NCBI GenBank assembly: GCA_905372835.1
Contig: CAJPQK010000001.1
Coordinates: 360,336-424,335 of the forward strand
DNA: 64,000 nt
Direction of reading: 5' to 3'
Source of the DNA: Candidatus Saccharimonadota bacterium
Lineage (GTDB): Bacteria; Patescibacteriota; Saccharimonadia; Saccharimonadales; Saccharimonadaceae
Below the pieces are notes generated by a model that was not told the DNA's origin, searched no databases, and worked only from the letters and a program-made list of their open reading frames with translations. This document shows, piece after piece, positions 54,013 to 63,383 of the stretch. The position numbers and the translations under genes are program-made. The stretch's first letter is position 1; each line of letters begins with the position of its first letter.

Positions 54013-54974
54013 TGGCTAAAATTATTACCATTGGTGCTGCTGTTCAAGACGTATTTTTGAGCCACTCGCCAGCTTTGGCGCCAGTTTGTGAAAGCCCAGA
54101 ACGTTGTTTTCAGCGTCTGGAGTTGGGCTCAAAAATTGATGTCAATCAGATTCATTTTTCTACCGGCGGCGGCGCTACTAACGCAGCAGTTACCTTTGCT
54201 CGTCAGGGCCATCAAACGCAGTTCATGGGGGTTGTTGGGCGCGATCCAGCAGGCCAGGCAGTGTTGGATGCGTTGGACAGTGAAAGTGTCGGCACGCAGC
54301 TAGTAAACTTCTCTGACAAATACAACACGGGGTATTCAGTCATGCTCCTAGCGCCAAATGGCGAGCGGACTATTTTGACCTATCGTGGTGCCTCCACGCA
54401 CTATCATCCAAGCGATTTTTCTCTGGAAAATGTTCAGGCGGATTGGCTGTATGTTTCCAACCTGGCGGGACAAATGCAAACACTCAGTAAACTGTTTACC
54501 CAAGCGCGCGAACGTGGCATCAAGATTTGTTTTAATCCTGGCAAAAAAGAGTTGGCACAGCGCGAATTGTTACTTGGTTTACTGCAAGATGTAGATATTT
54601 TGACCGTCAATAAAGAGGAAATGCAGCAGCTTGTTGAAGGCAGTGATTTGGAGAGTTTGATTCGGCATGGGCTGTATTTGGTACCGACACTACTGGTCAC
54701 AGACGGCGCCAACGGATCCATGGCGAGCGACGGCAAGACAATTGTCCGCGCTGGCATGTATGAAGACGTCCCAGCCATTGACAGGACAGGGGCTGGTGAT
54801 GCATTTGCCTCAGGATTTTTGAGCAGATGGGCAGAAGGCGGCAGTTTGCGAGATTCGGTCATTTTTGCCAGCGCAAATTCCAGCGCTGTCGTTGCAAAAA
54901 TTAGTGCTAAAGCAGGTATTTTACATAAAGGTGCTCGCCTCCACGAGATGCCGCTACAGGAAAGGAGTATATAA
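54012..54974 (+). CDS. PfkB family carbohydrate kinase
   Basis: GGGATNAA N-terminal motif and DRTGAGDAFASGF C-terminal PfkB signature. The ATG overlaps the fba stop. Confidence 0.88.
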   Translation: MAKIITIGAAVQDVFLSHSPALAPVCESPERCFQRLELGSKIDVNQIHFSTGGGATNAAVTFARQGHQTQFMGVVGRDPAGQAVLDALDSESVGTQLVNFSDKYNTGYSVMLLAPNGERTILTYRGASTHYHPSDFSLENVQADWLYVSNLAGQMQTLSKLFTQARERGIKICFNPGKKELAQRELLLGLLQDVDILTVNKEEMQQLVEGSDLESLIRHGLYLVPTLLVTDGANGSMASDGKTIVRAGMYEDVPAIDRTGAGDAFASGFLSRWAEGGSLRDSVIFASANSSAVVAKISAKAGILHKGARLHEMPLQERSI

Positions 54975-54976
54975 CC

Positions 54977-55456
54977 ATGGCGCAACACTTGGCTCGGCTA
55001 CTAGGAGAAGGCGCGAACATACAAATTGCCTTGCAGGAGCTAAATCGAATGACACGTGATGATAGTGACATTCGGTTGATGTCGGATGTTTTGGCGCGAA
55101 CACATAGTGTGCTGCGTGCTTTGGGGCTGGATCCGCGTGATACGACAGCAAATGAAGTCTACCAGGCGCTGATGGCGGTTGCTCCAGAAATCGACAAGCG
55201 AGCCTGTTTCAAAGCTAGTGACTGGGTGCTGGCAGACATAGACGGGCACATTATTTCTTTTCATCCTGTGGACATTGTTGAAAACTATCACCATCAGTTA
55301 TCACTTGGCAGGAATACCACTAAACACGGTAAAGTTGCCCTGGGTCAGGAAATTTACCGCCGTTTCCGGGATCATCCGCAGACGCACAACCCAGCCGTTA
55401 GTCGCATCATTTGTGATGGCGGCATCTGTCGGCGGGTTGATGACATCTTGGATTAG
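54977..55456 (+). CDS. hypothetical protein (159 aa), no recognised family
   Basis: Starts 2 nt after the PfkB stop. Soluble composition. No motif recognised. Confidence 0.55.
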   Translation: MAQHLARLLGEGANIQIALQELNRMTRDDSDIRLMSDVLARTHSVLRALGLDPRDTTANEVYQALMAVAPEIDKRACFKASDWVLADIDGHIISFHPVDIVENYHHQLSLGRNTTKHGKVALGQEIYRRFRDHPQTHNPAVSRIICDGGICRRVDDILD

Positions 55457-56151
55457 TGATCGCAATAGGTTTTGTTGGCGGTAACGATGTCGATGATTTC
55501 GTCGACACTGTCAGTGATGGTGTAAATATCAAGGTCTTCTTTGACGATTGCTGATTCGGCTAACATGTGGTCGCGAAAGAACGCATCCAAGTCGCTCCAG
55601 AACGCTGTGTCAAACAGGATGACTGGTACGCGATTGGTTTTCTGTGTCTGGATCAAGGTCAATATCTCCGCCAATTCATCCAAGGTACCAAAACCACCAG
55701 GGAAATAGATATAAGCATCAGCGTACATGGTCATGACGATTTTTCGGGGAGCGAAGTGCTGAAATTCAAATGCCTCAGTCGCATATTCATTGAGATCTTG
55801 CTCGTGGGGTAATTTGATGTTAAAGGCGATTGATTCACCACCAGCAGCGCGCGCACCTTTTTGCACCGCTTTGTTGGCTCCTTCGTTAGCAGCACCCATG
55901 ATACCGTGCCCGCCACCAGAGACAACCGCATAACCCAAGCTTGCCAAACGCTCCGAGGCTTCTTTGGCAGCTTGGTAATATGGGCTGTCTGGGCAGGTAC
56001 GTGCCGAACCAAAAAAGGTCACCGTCTTGTGGTATTTTTTGAGGATTTCATAACCTTTTTGAATTTCCTCGTTAATATTGCCCAAACGGAACATTGCGGC
56101 TTGGAGTTCAATTTCGCGTGGTATACACACCAGATCTTTTTTGTCTGTCAT
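55453..56151 (-). CDS. LOG family / TIGR00730 Rossmann-fold nucleotide-binding protein
   Basis: GGGHGIMGAANEGA and PGGFGTLDEL motifs. Confidence 0.88.
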   Translation of the reverse strand: MTDKKDLVCIPREIELQAAMFRLGNINEEIQKGYEILKKYHKTVTFFGSARTCPDSPYYQAAKEASERLASLGYAVVSGGGHGIMGAANEGANKAVQKGARAAGGESIAFNIKLPHEQDLNEYATEAFEFQHFAPRKIVMTMYADAYIYFPGGFGTLDELAEILTLIQTQKTNRVPVILFDTAFWSDLDAFFRDHMLAESAIVKEDLDIYTITDSVDEIIDIVTANKTYCDH

Positions 56152-56250
56152 TTTTCTGCCTTTTTATGTTTTAATTCACGTATCTTTTGATTATAGCACA
56201 AAAAGCTTGTGTTTGTCAAATAGTTGGCAGCTAACAGTGAACATCAGGGA

Positions 56251-57447
56251 TTATTCGCCCAGGAATGACTGTTTGACCCGCTGGTAGGCGTCGCGGAATG
56301 GCACGCCTTTTTCCACCAATTCGTTAATCTTAGCAACAGTGTAGAGCTCATCGGTCATCGCCTCAGCTAATCGGTCGGTGTTGGCTTCCAGCTCACTGAC
56401 GCAGAGTGCCAAGACCTCCAGGGTGTCGAGCGCTGACGTAAAGGCGTCCATAGTGATTTTTTTGGTCAACTGCAGGTCGCGGTGGTAGCCGCTGCCGGCG
56501 CCCGTCGAAATGGCTTGGAGCTGCAGGGCGTAATTTGGATAGGCGCGGGCGGTGGCACGCATGATCTCAAAGACGTCGTAGTTGCGTTTGTGCGGCATAA
56601 TGGACGAGCCAGTGGTCATGGTGACAGGCAGTTTGAAATAGTTAAACTCTTGAGAGGTAAACAGCAACATGTCTTCAGCGAATTTGCCAGCAAAGACCAT
56701 GATTGGATTGAGCGCCTGTATGGCAATTAGTTCAAACACGCCGCGCGACAGGCCGCAGTACATTGGATTTTCCTGTACTTTAGCGAAGCCCAACTCACTG
56801 GTCGTCATCTGGCGGTCAAGTGGCAGGGTAACACCAAAGCCAGCAGCACTGCCCAGCGGGTTTTGGTCGATGGCGGCGATGCTGTGTGTGACTAATTGCT
56901 GGAGGTCATGAAAGGCATCGTGGTAAGAACCGAGCCACATGCTGACCGTGGTTGGCATGGCTTTTTGGGTGTGGGTGTAGCCAGGCATTTCAGTTTGACC
57001 GATGGTAGCAATTTTGCCAGCATAGGCCTGAGCAACTGCTGCTAATTTTTCAGCTACTGCTGCAAGTTCCGTTTTGATGAACAGTCGCATCATCACCAAA
57101 GCTTGGTCGTTGCGGCTTCGGCCAGTGTGAACCTTTTTGCCGATGGGGCCGAGCTTTTCTGTCAGATACAGCTCAATGGCGGTGTGGCCATCTTCGTGCT
57201 CGCTGGTGAGGGTGAAGGCACCAGTTTTCCACTCGTTCAGCAGCTCGTCCAAGGCGGCTGCTAATTGTTGATACTCGTCGCTGGTCAATACGCCAATTTT
57301 TTCTAGCATGTGAGCGTGCGCTTTAGTGGCGGTGATATCATGCCCCAGCAAATGTTGGTCCAGCACTTGGTCGTCGCCAACGGTGTATGACTCGACTAGT
57401 GGGTGGAGTGAGCCGGTTGCGGTTGATTGCCATAGTTTATTTGCCAT
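56251..57447 (-). CDS. argH: argininosuccinate lyase (short form)
   Basis: Fumarate-lyase signature GSSIMPHKRN, TGRSRNDQ, MPGYTHTQKA. 398 aa, shorter at the C-terminus than typical ArgH. Confidence 0.9.
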   Translation of the reverse strand: MANKLWQSTATGSLHPLVESYTVGDDQVLDQHLLGHDITATKAHAHMLEKIGVLTSDEYQQLAAALDELLNEWKTGAFTLTSEHEDGHTAIELYLTEKLGPIGKKVHTGRSRNDQALVMMRLFIKTELAAVAEKLAAVAQAYAGKIATIGQTEMPGYTHTQKAMPTTVSMWLGSYHDAFHDLQQLVTHSIAAIDQNPLGSAAGFGVTLPLDRQMTTSELGFAKVQENPMYCGLSRGVFELIAIQALNPIMVFAGKFAEDMLLFTSQEFNYFKLPVTMTTGSSIMPHKRNYDVFEIMRATARAYPNYALQLQAISTGAGSGYHRDLQLTKKITMDAFTSALDTLEVLALCVSELEANTDRLAEAMTDELYTVAKINELVEKGVPFRDAYQRVKQSFLGE

Positions 57448-58714
57448 ATGAGTATGCTCCTTCAGCTGTTCGCTGACTTAATGAATATAATTCAATGAAT
57501 CCGGCGGACGAATTCTGGTTGAATGCGGTGTTGGAATCAAACGTTGCAAGATTGATATCAAACAACGAATGCGGTGAGTCCACGCTGACGACGGTGATGG
57601 TACCTTTGTATAGGCGGACCGTCACTGTGCCGGTGACTTTTTGGTTCTGATCATCAATGTAGGCGTTAATGTGATGGACGGCTGGCTCGTACCACTGAGC
57701 CGCGTAGGTGAGGTAGGCCCATTTTTTGTCCATTTCGGCTTTGAGTTCATTTTCAACACGAGTTGACACCAATTGCTCAAGCTTTTGATGAGCAGCAATC
57801 AAGATGGCAGCGCCAGGGTTTTCGTAGACACCGCGCACTTTCAGGCCAACCAATCGATCTTCAATGAGGGTCGATACACCGACGCCGTGTTTGCGGCCGA
57901 GTTGGTTACAGTGCTGGATGAGTGCTTGGAGTGAAAAGTGACGGTTGTCGACGGCAACGGGCACACCTTTGATGAATTTGATGGTGATATCTTCGGCTTC
58001 ATCTGGCGTGTATTTGATGGTTGAACACCAATTGAGGATGGCGTGGTAGTTTGGCTTGAGTGATGGCGATTCTATCTCGCCGCCCTCACTGGTGATACCC
58101 CACATGTTTTCATCGGTTGAGTAGGGTGACTCCTGAGTGTGTGGCACGGGGATGTTGTGCTTCTTGGCATAGGCAAGCTCTTCCTCTCGGCCCATACTCC
58201 ACTCACGCACTGGTGCCAAGATTTTGAGTTTCGGATTGAGCGTGGTGATATAGGTCTCGAAGCGAACTTGGTCGTTGCCTTTGCCGGTGGCACCGTGTGC
58301 GATGACGTTGCAATTGTACTTTTCGGCATATTCGACGGCTAATTGCGAGATGATAATGCGCCCGAGTGGCGTGCAGAGGGCGTAGCCGCCTTGGTAGTCA
58401 GCGTTGGCTTTGATGGCCAGCGACAACAGCTCATCGGCGAAGTGGTTGCGGGCGTCAACCGTGATGGTTTCTATGGCGCCGAGTTTTTTGGCTTTTTCGG
58501 CGATGGCATCGAGATCATCAACCGTTTGGCCGATATTGACCGTTAGGGTGATGACCTTGCAATTATATTTTTCTTGTAACCACGTGAGCATGACGGATGT
58601 GTCGAGGCCTCCCGAATAGAGCAAGAGGCACGTATCGAACTCACCGTTCACGGCTTCGTGACTGGCAACCTTGGTGTAGTGGGGCGCGTCGTGGTCCATA
58701 TCCTTCCTTTCCAT
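57437..58714 (-). CDS. argG: argininosuccinate synthase
   Basis: LLYSGGLDTSVM (ATP PPase motif) and the central ArgG region. The alternative start, ATG at 58699, is preceded by GGAAGG and may be the true start. Overlaps argH by 11 nt. Confidence 0.93.
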   Translation of the reverse strand: MERKDMDHDAPHYTKVASHEAVNGEFDTCLLLYSGGLDTSVMLTWLQEKYNCKVITLTVNIGQTVDDLDAIAEKAKKLGAIETITVDARNHFADELLSLAIKANADYQGGYALCTPLGRIIISQLAVEYAEKYNCNVIAHGATGKGNDQVRFETYITTLNPKLKILAPVREWSMGREEELAYAKKHNIPVPHTQESPYSTDENMWGITSEGGEIESPSLKPNYHAILNWCSTIKYTPDEAEDITIKFIKGVPVAVDNRHFSLQALIQHCNQLGRKHGVGVSTLIEDRLVGLKVRGVYENPGAAILIAAHQKLEQLVSTRVENELKAEMDKKWAYLTYAAQWYEPAVHHINAYIDDQNQKVTGTVTVRLYKGTITVVSVDSPHSLFDINLATFDSNTAFNQNSSAGFIELYSLSQRTAEGAYSYGK

Positions 58715-58720
58715 AATAAC

Positions 58721-58747
58721 AAAAAGAGCCGCTCGGACGAGGGCTCT
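58721..58747 (-). terminator. attenuator terminator (segments 3:4) upstream of argG
   Basis: Minus sense: AGAGCCCTC gtcc GAGcGGCTCT followed by TTTTTGTTATT and then the argG ATG. No upstream minus-strand gene needs a terminator here. Confidence 0.6.
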
Positions 58748-58773
58748 GTAGTTGGTTTTTACTATACGACTAA

Positions 58774-58830
58774 TTAGCCCTCTGGGTCAGAGCGGCGACG
58801 ACGAACAACGATGTTGTGTCGATATGTCAT
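58774..58830 (-). CDS. candidate Arg-rich leader peptide of the argGH attenuator
   Basis: ATG ACA TAT CGA CAC AAC ATC GTT GTT CGT CGT CGC CGC TCT GAC CCA GAG GGC TAA = MTYRHNIVVRRRRSDPEG. TATGGT lies 6 nt upstream of the ATG. Confidence 0.55.
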   Translation of the reverse strand: MTYRHNIVVRRRRSDPEG

Positions 58831-58903
58831 ATTGCTACCATACTGCGGGTGATTTTCAAAATATTTTTATATATAAATTGCGATGCGTTACAATAGTAAT
58901 GAT

Positions 58904-60880
58904 ATGAATGCCTTTAATCTCGTCTCCAACTATCAGCCGACCGGCGACCAGCCAACGGCGATTGCTCAGTTGGTGGATGGTTTGGAGCGGGGCGAGCGCG
59001 AGCAAACGCTGCTGGGCGTGACCGGTTCAGGTAAGACCTTTACTATGGCGAATATTATTGCCCGAGCTAATGTGCCAACGCTGGTGCTGGCGCACAATAA
59101 GACTTTGGCGGCGCAGCTGTTTTCTGAGTTTAAGGAGTTTTTTCCGGATAACGAGGTGCATTATTTCGTTAGCTATTTTGATTATTATCAGCCGGAAGCC
59201 TACATCGCCAGTAGCGACACTTACATTGAGAAAGATTCGAAGATTAATGATGAAATCGATCGGCTGCGGCATGCGGCCACGTCGGCGCTGCTAACGCGAC
59301 GCGATGTTATCATCGTGGCCAGTGTGTCCTGTATTTATGGCATTGGTTCGCCGGAGACGTACGCCGATATGGCCATTCAATTGACGGTCGGCGAGCGGCG
59401 GGTGCAGGACAAGTTCATCCGCCTGCTAACTGACATTCAGTATAAGCGTAATGATGTTGACTTTGCACGTGGTACTTTCAGGGTACGCGGTGACGTGGTG
59501 GATATTTTCCCGGCTGGGCAGGACACGGCGGTGCGGGTGGAATTTTTTGGCGATGAAGTTGAGAGACTAACGCGAATCGATCCGCTGACTGGCGAGATTT
59601 TGGACCAGCCAGCTAGCCTGACGATTTTTCCGTCCAGCCACTATTCGACGCCGCGTGAACGAATTGAAAAAGCCATCATGGGCATTGAAAAAGAGTTTGA
59701 TGAGCGGCTGAAATGGTTTGAATCACACGACAAATTGCTGGAGGCGCAGCGCCTCAGTCAACGCACCAAATATGACCTAGAAATGCTCAAGGAAACCGGC
59801 TTTGTTAAAGGTATTGAGAATTATTCGCGCTATTTGACTGACCGCGAGCCGGGCGAGCAGCCAGCGACCTTGATCGATTATTTTCCGGACGATTGGCTGC
59901 TGCTGGTCGATGAGTCGCACATGACCTTGCCGCAAGTTCGCGGCATGTATAACGGCGACCGGGCGCGCAAGGAAGTGTTGGTGGAGCATGGGTTTCGTCT
60001 GCCGAGTGCGCTGGATAACCGTCCGCTCAGGTTTGATGAGTTTGATCAGCATATTCATCAGGCGATTTATGTTTCCGCTACGCCGGGCGACTATGAAATT
60101 GCTCATTCTCCAAAGCCGGCTGAACAGTTGATTCGGCCGACGGGGCTGCTTGATCCGCCGATTGAGGTGCGGCCGACTGAGGGGCAGGTTGATGATTTGA
60201 TGGAGGAGATTCGCCAGACTATTGCCAACGGTCACCGCGTATTGGTGACTACCTTGACCAAGCGCATGGCTGAGGACTTAAGCGCTTACTTGACCGACAA
60301 TGGCGTGAAAACGGCGTATCTACACAGCGAAATTGACACATTAGAGCGCGGCGATATTCTCAAAGATCTGCGACTGGGGACGTACGATGTCTTGGTTGGT
60401 ATTAATTTGCTGCGCGAGGGATTGGACCTACCGGAAGTCAGTTTGGTGGCGATCATGGATGCTGATAAAGAAGGGTTCCTCCGTAGTGAGCAGGCGCTGA
60501 TTCAGACGATTGGCCGGGCGGCGCGGCACGTGGACGGGCGGGTGCTGATGTATGGCGACAATGTGACTGACAGTATGCGGCGAGCGATTGATGAGACGAA
60601 TCGTCGGCGTGCAATTCAGCAGCAATATAATGAAGCGCATGGCATTACGCCGCAAACCATCCAGAAGAAGATTGACGATGGCCTGCGTTCTATCATCCCG
60701 CAAAAGGAATCCGACAAAAAGCCAAAGCTTGACTTGAAGAAGATTCCAAAGGATGAATATCCAACGCTGATCAAGGAGTTGACCGGTCAAATGGAACTGC
60801 ATAGCGCCAATCTAGAATTTGAAAAAGCCGCGGAGCTGCGTGATTTGATTGCAGAAATTAAGCAAACAATGGTACACTAA
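58904..60880 (+). CDS. uvrB: excinuclease ABC subunit B
   Basis: [20 protein letters not shown], Walker [13 protein letters not shown] box, C-terminal UVR domain ([12 protein letters not shown]). Start moved from 58883 to 58904. Confidence 0.96.
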   Translation: MNAFNLVSNYQPTGDQPTAIAQLVDGLERGEREQTLLGVTGSGKTFTMANIIARANVPTLVLAHNKTLAAQLFSEFKEFFPDNEVHYFVSYFDYYQPEAYIASSDTYIEKDSKINDEIDRLRHAATSALLTRRDVIIVASVSCIYGIGSPETYADMAIQLTVGERRVQDKFIRLLTDIQYKRNDVDFARGTFRVRGDVVDIFPAGQDTAVRVEFFGDEVERLTRIDPLTGEILDQPASLTIFPSSHYSTPRERIEKAIMGIEKEFDERLKWFESHDKLLEAQRLSQRTKYDLEMLKETGFVKGIENYSRYLTDREPGEQPATLIDYFPDDWLLLVDESHMTLPQVRGMYNGDRARKEVLVEHGFRLPSALDNRPLRFDEFDQHIHQAIYVSATPGDYEIAHSPKPAEQLIRPTGLLDPPIEVRPTEGQVDDLMEEIRQTIANGHRVLVTTLTKRMAEDLSAYLTDNGVKTAYLHSEIDTLERGDILKDLRLGTYDVLVGINLLREGLDLPEVSLVAIMDADKEGFLRSEQALIQTIGRAARHVDGRVLMYGDNVTDSMRRAIDETNRRRAIQQQYNEAHGITPQTIQKKIDDGLRSIIPQKESDKKPKLDLKKIPKDEYPTLIKELTGQMELHSANLEFEKAAELRDLIAEIKQTMVH

Positions 60881-60908
60881 AGATAACCATAATAAGGAGG
60901 AGAATTAT

Positions 60909-61628
60909 ATGGCAGAATTGAAAACAACAGAAACTCCAGTCGTCGAGCAAGCTGAGTACATGGCTCCGCGCGCTGTGTCGCAAGCAAAGTGGCTCACATT
61001 TGAATACGCATTAGCAATGGTTTCAGTAACATTTGCTGCAATCACCAGTGTAGTACTCGTACCAATGTTGTTCGGTATGTGGTCTGCAAAAGAGGCAATG
61101 TCGTTTGGTTTGATGTTGAGTGGCTCGATCACTGCAAACATTTTGGCCGTTGGTATTTTGGCAGTACTATTTTCAGTGTTGGCATTTGTCCTATTTGGCC
61201 GTGTAACGCGCGCAATCGCTGCTGACCGCAGTGGGTACACTGGCCGATTGGCCTACAAACTGACAACCTATGGTAGCTTGTTCATGATCGTATTGGCGGC
61301 GTTGCCACTGGTTGCAAATCTCATCAGTGTATTGATTAGCTCGTTGCTGTTGATCGGCGTTTCAGATGCTGGTTCCGTATATACAGCATTGTACTTGGGC
61401 AACTTCTTGCCATCACTGGTGTGCTTGGCAGTATTGGCAGTTGTGGTATTTTTCATTGGTAAAATCATCAACGGCTACAACAAATCACGCCCATTGGCTA
61501 TCACGTTGATCGCAATCACCGGTGTTGTCGCAGTTGCCTTGGCTATTACCTTGGCAGTGCAGGCTCATGACAAGCCAAGCATCAAAAAGTCAAACTTCAA
61601 GTACAACTCAAGTTACTTACTCGACTAG
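60909..61628 (+). CDS. hypothetical integral membrane protein
   Basis: AAGGAGGAG Shine-Dalgarno then ATG at 60909 (MAELKTTETP...). About 6 TM helices. Confidence 0.6.
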   Translation: MAELKTTETPVVEQAEYMAPRAVSQAKWLTFEYALAMVSVTFAAITSVVLVPMLFGMWSAKEAMSFGLMLSGSITANILAVGILAVLFSVLAFVLFGRVTRAIAADRSGYTGRLAYKLTTYGSLFMIVLAALPLVANLISVLISSLLLIGVSDAGSVYTALYLGNFLPSLVCLAVLAVVVFFIGKIINGYNKSRPLAITLIAITGVVAVALAITLAVQAHDKPSIKKSNFKYNSSYLLD

Positions 61629-61645
61629 TTAGTTGGGTATTACCT

Positions 61646-61681
61646 ATCACTCGCTCCTAGATATGGGGGCGAGTGATTTTC
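61646..61681 (+). terminator. rho-independent terminator
   Basis: ATCACTCGC ... GCGAGTGAT, a 9-bp stem followed by TTTT. Confidence 0.75.
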
Positions 61682-61713
61682 TGTAATTAATTTTCAAGTG
61701 GTATAATGAGTTC

Positions 61714-62001
61714 ATGAGTGCAATTTCTAATAGTGATGTCCAGCGCTTGGCGGATTTGAGCGGTTTGCAATTGGCAGATGGCGAAGTGGATGGCTTGCGA
61801 CAGGACGTGGAGAAAATCGTAGAATATATCAATCAATTGGGTGAGCTCGACACGTCTGGTGTGGAGCCAACCTATCAGGTGACGGGTCTGGAGAACGTCT
61901 GGCGTGAAGACGAGGTCCAACCAGGGATTTCTCGGGACGAGTTGCTTGAGCTAGCGCCTGAAAAACAGAACAATCAAGTGAAAGTGCCGCAGGTATTGTG
62001 A
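61714..62001 (+). CDS. gatC: Asp-tRNA(Asn)/Glu-tRNA(Gln) amidotransferase subunit C
   Basis: VQRLADLSGLQL...EVDGLRQDVEKIVEYINQL matches GatC. TGgTATAAT at 61699-61707 lies 6 nt upstream of the ATG. Confidence 0.92.
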   Translation: MSAISNSDVQRLADLSGLQLADGEVDGLRQDVEKIVEYINQLGELDTSGVEPTYQVTGLENVWREDEVQPGISRDELLELAPEKQNNQVKVPQVL

Positions 62002-63383
62002 TGAGTCGGATTAGTGATTTTACCGGAAAAAGTGCAGTCGAAAATGTCAAAGAAGCGTTGCGACGAGCGCGCGAGATTGAAGAATATCATGCGCTGCTAA
62101 GCTTGACGGAAGAGCGGGCGCTGGACCGAGCTAGAGAAATTGACGATCAAATCCGAAAAGGTGAGAATCCAGGTGTTCTGGCTGGCGTGCCGTTTGTGGT
62201 AAAAGACAATTTCTTGGCCTTTGGGGCGCCGACAACTGCTGCCTCGAAGATGCTCGAGAATTTTAACGCGCCACTCCAGGCCACGGCCGTTGAGAAGTTG
62301 GAGGTTGAAGGTGCAATTTGCATCGGTAAAGCCAACTTGGACGCCTTTGCTCATGGTGGTTCGACGGAAAATTCGGCCTTTGGTCCGACCAAAAACGCTG
62401 CGGATAAAACTCGCGTAGCTGGCGGTTCATCGGGCGGCTCGGCGGTAGTGACGGCGCTTGACGTGGTGCCGTTTGCGTTGGGTACCGATACTGGCGGTTC
62501 GATTCGTCAGCCAGCTAGCTTCAATGGCGTGGTTGGTGTCAAGCCGACCTACGGCGCAGTCAGTCGCTACGGCGTGGTTGCTATGGCCTCAAGCACCGAC
62601 ACCATTGGCTGTTTTGCAACCAATGCTGATGACGCTAATCTGGTGATGGAAATCATGGCGGGCCGTGACGATAAGGATATGACGACACTACCGGACTTTT
62701 GGCAGCATCAGTCGGGTTTTACCAAGAAGAAGATTGGCTTGGTTAAGCAGTGCATGACTGATGACGTGGACGCGGCGGTTCGCCGGAAAACGCTTGACTA
62801 TGCAGAAAAATTGAAGCAGCTGGGCTATGACGTTGAAGAAGTGGACCTCAGTATGATGCGGCATTCGTTGGCCATGTATTACATCATTGTGCCGGCGGAA
62901 ATATCGTCAAACTTGGCGCGCTATGATGGCGTGCGCTATGGTCACCGGGCGGCTGAGGTGAAAACGCTGGCGGAGTTGTACGGTCGCAGTCGCAACGAAG
63001 GTTTTACGACGGAGAACAAACGGCGAATTATGATTGGTAGCTTTGTGTTGTCGAGCGGTTTCTTTGATGCTTACTACATGCAGGCGCAAAAAGCGCGCAC
63101 GCTGCTTATCAATGAGTTCAAACAGTTGTTTGCTGAGTACGACGCACTGTTGATGCCAGTTGCGCCAACACCGGCGTTCAAACTTGGCGAAAATACCAAT
63201 GATCCAATTAAAATGTATCTAGCGGATATCATGACCGTGCCGGCCAGCCTGGCGGGACTACCGGCGATTTCTGTGCCAGCTGGAAGTAACGATGAAGGTT
63301 TGCCAATTGGCGTGCAGTTGATTGGTGATTATCAGTCAGACAGCAACTTGTTGAAGTTGGCCTCAGAAGTGGAGGCTGCCTGA
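61998..63383 (+). CDS. gatA: Asp-tRNA(Asn)/Glu-tRNA(Gln) amidotransferase subunit A
   Basis: Amidase signature GGSSGGSAVVTA...GTDTGGSIRQPASFNG. Overlaps gatC by 4 nt. Confidence 0.95.
   Translation: MMSRISDFTGKSAVENVKEALRRAREIEEYHALLSLTEERALDRAREIDDQIRKGENPGVLAGVPFVVKDNFLAFGAPTTAASKMLENFNAPLQATAVEKLEVEGAICIGKANLDAFAHGGSTENSAFGPTKNAADKTRVAGGSSGGSAVVTALDVVPFALGTDTGGSIRQPASFNGVVGVKPTYGAVSRYGVVAMASSTDTIGCFATNADDANLVMEIMAGRDDKDMTTLPDFWQHQSGFTKKKIGLVKQCMTDDVDAAVRRKTLDYAEKLKQLGYDVEEVDLSMMRHSLAMYYIIVPAEISSNLARYDGVRYGHRAAEVKTLAELYGRSRNEGFTTENKRRIMIGSFVLSSGFFDAYYMQAQKARTLLINEFKQLFAEYDALLMPVAPTPAFKLGENTNDPIKMYLADIMTVPASLAGLPAISVPAGSNDEGLPIGVQLIGDYQSDSNLLKLASEVEAA

Noticed and set aside
58715-58842. T-box or other riboswitch upstream of argG
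   Set aside because: The leader is too short (about 115 nt). It lacks the T-box sequence, a specifier loop and the AG bulge. The short Arg-rich ORF with overlapping alternative helices fits ribosome-mediated attenuation better.
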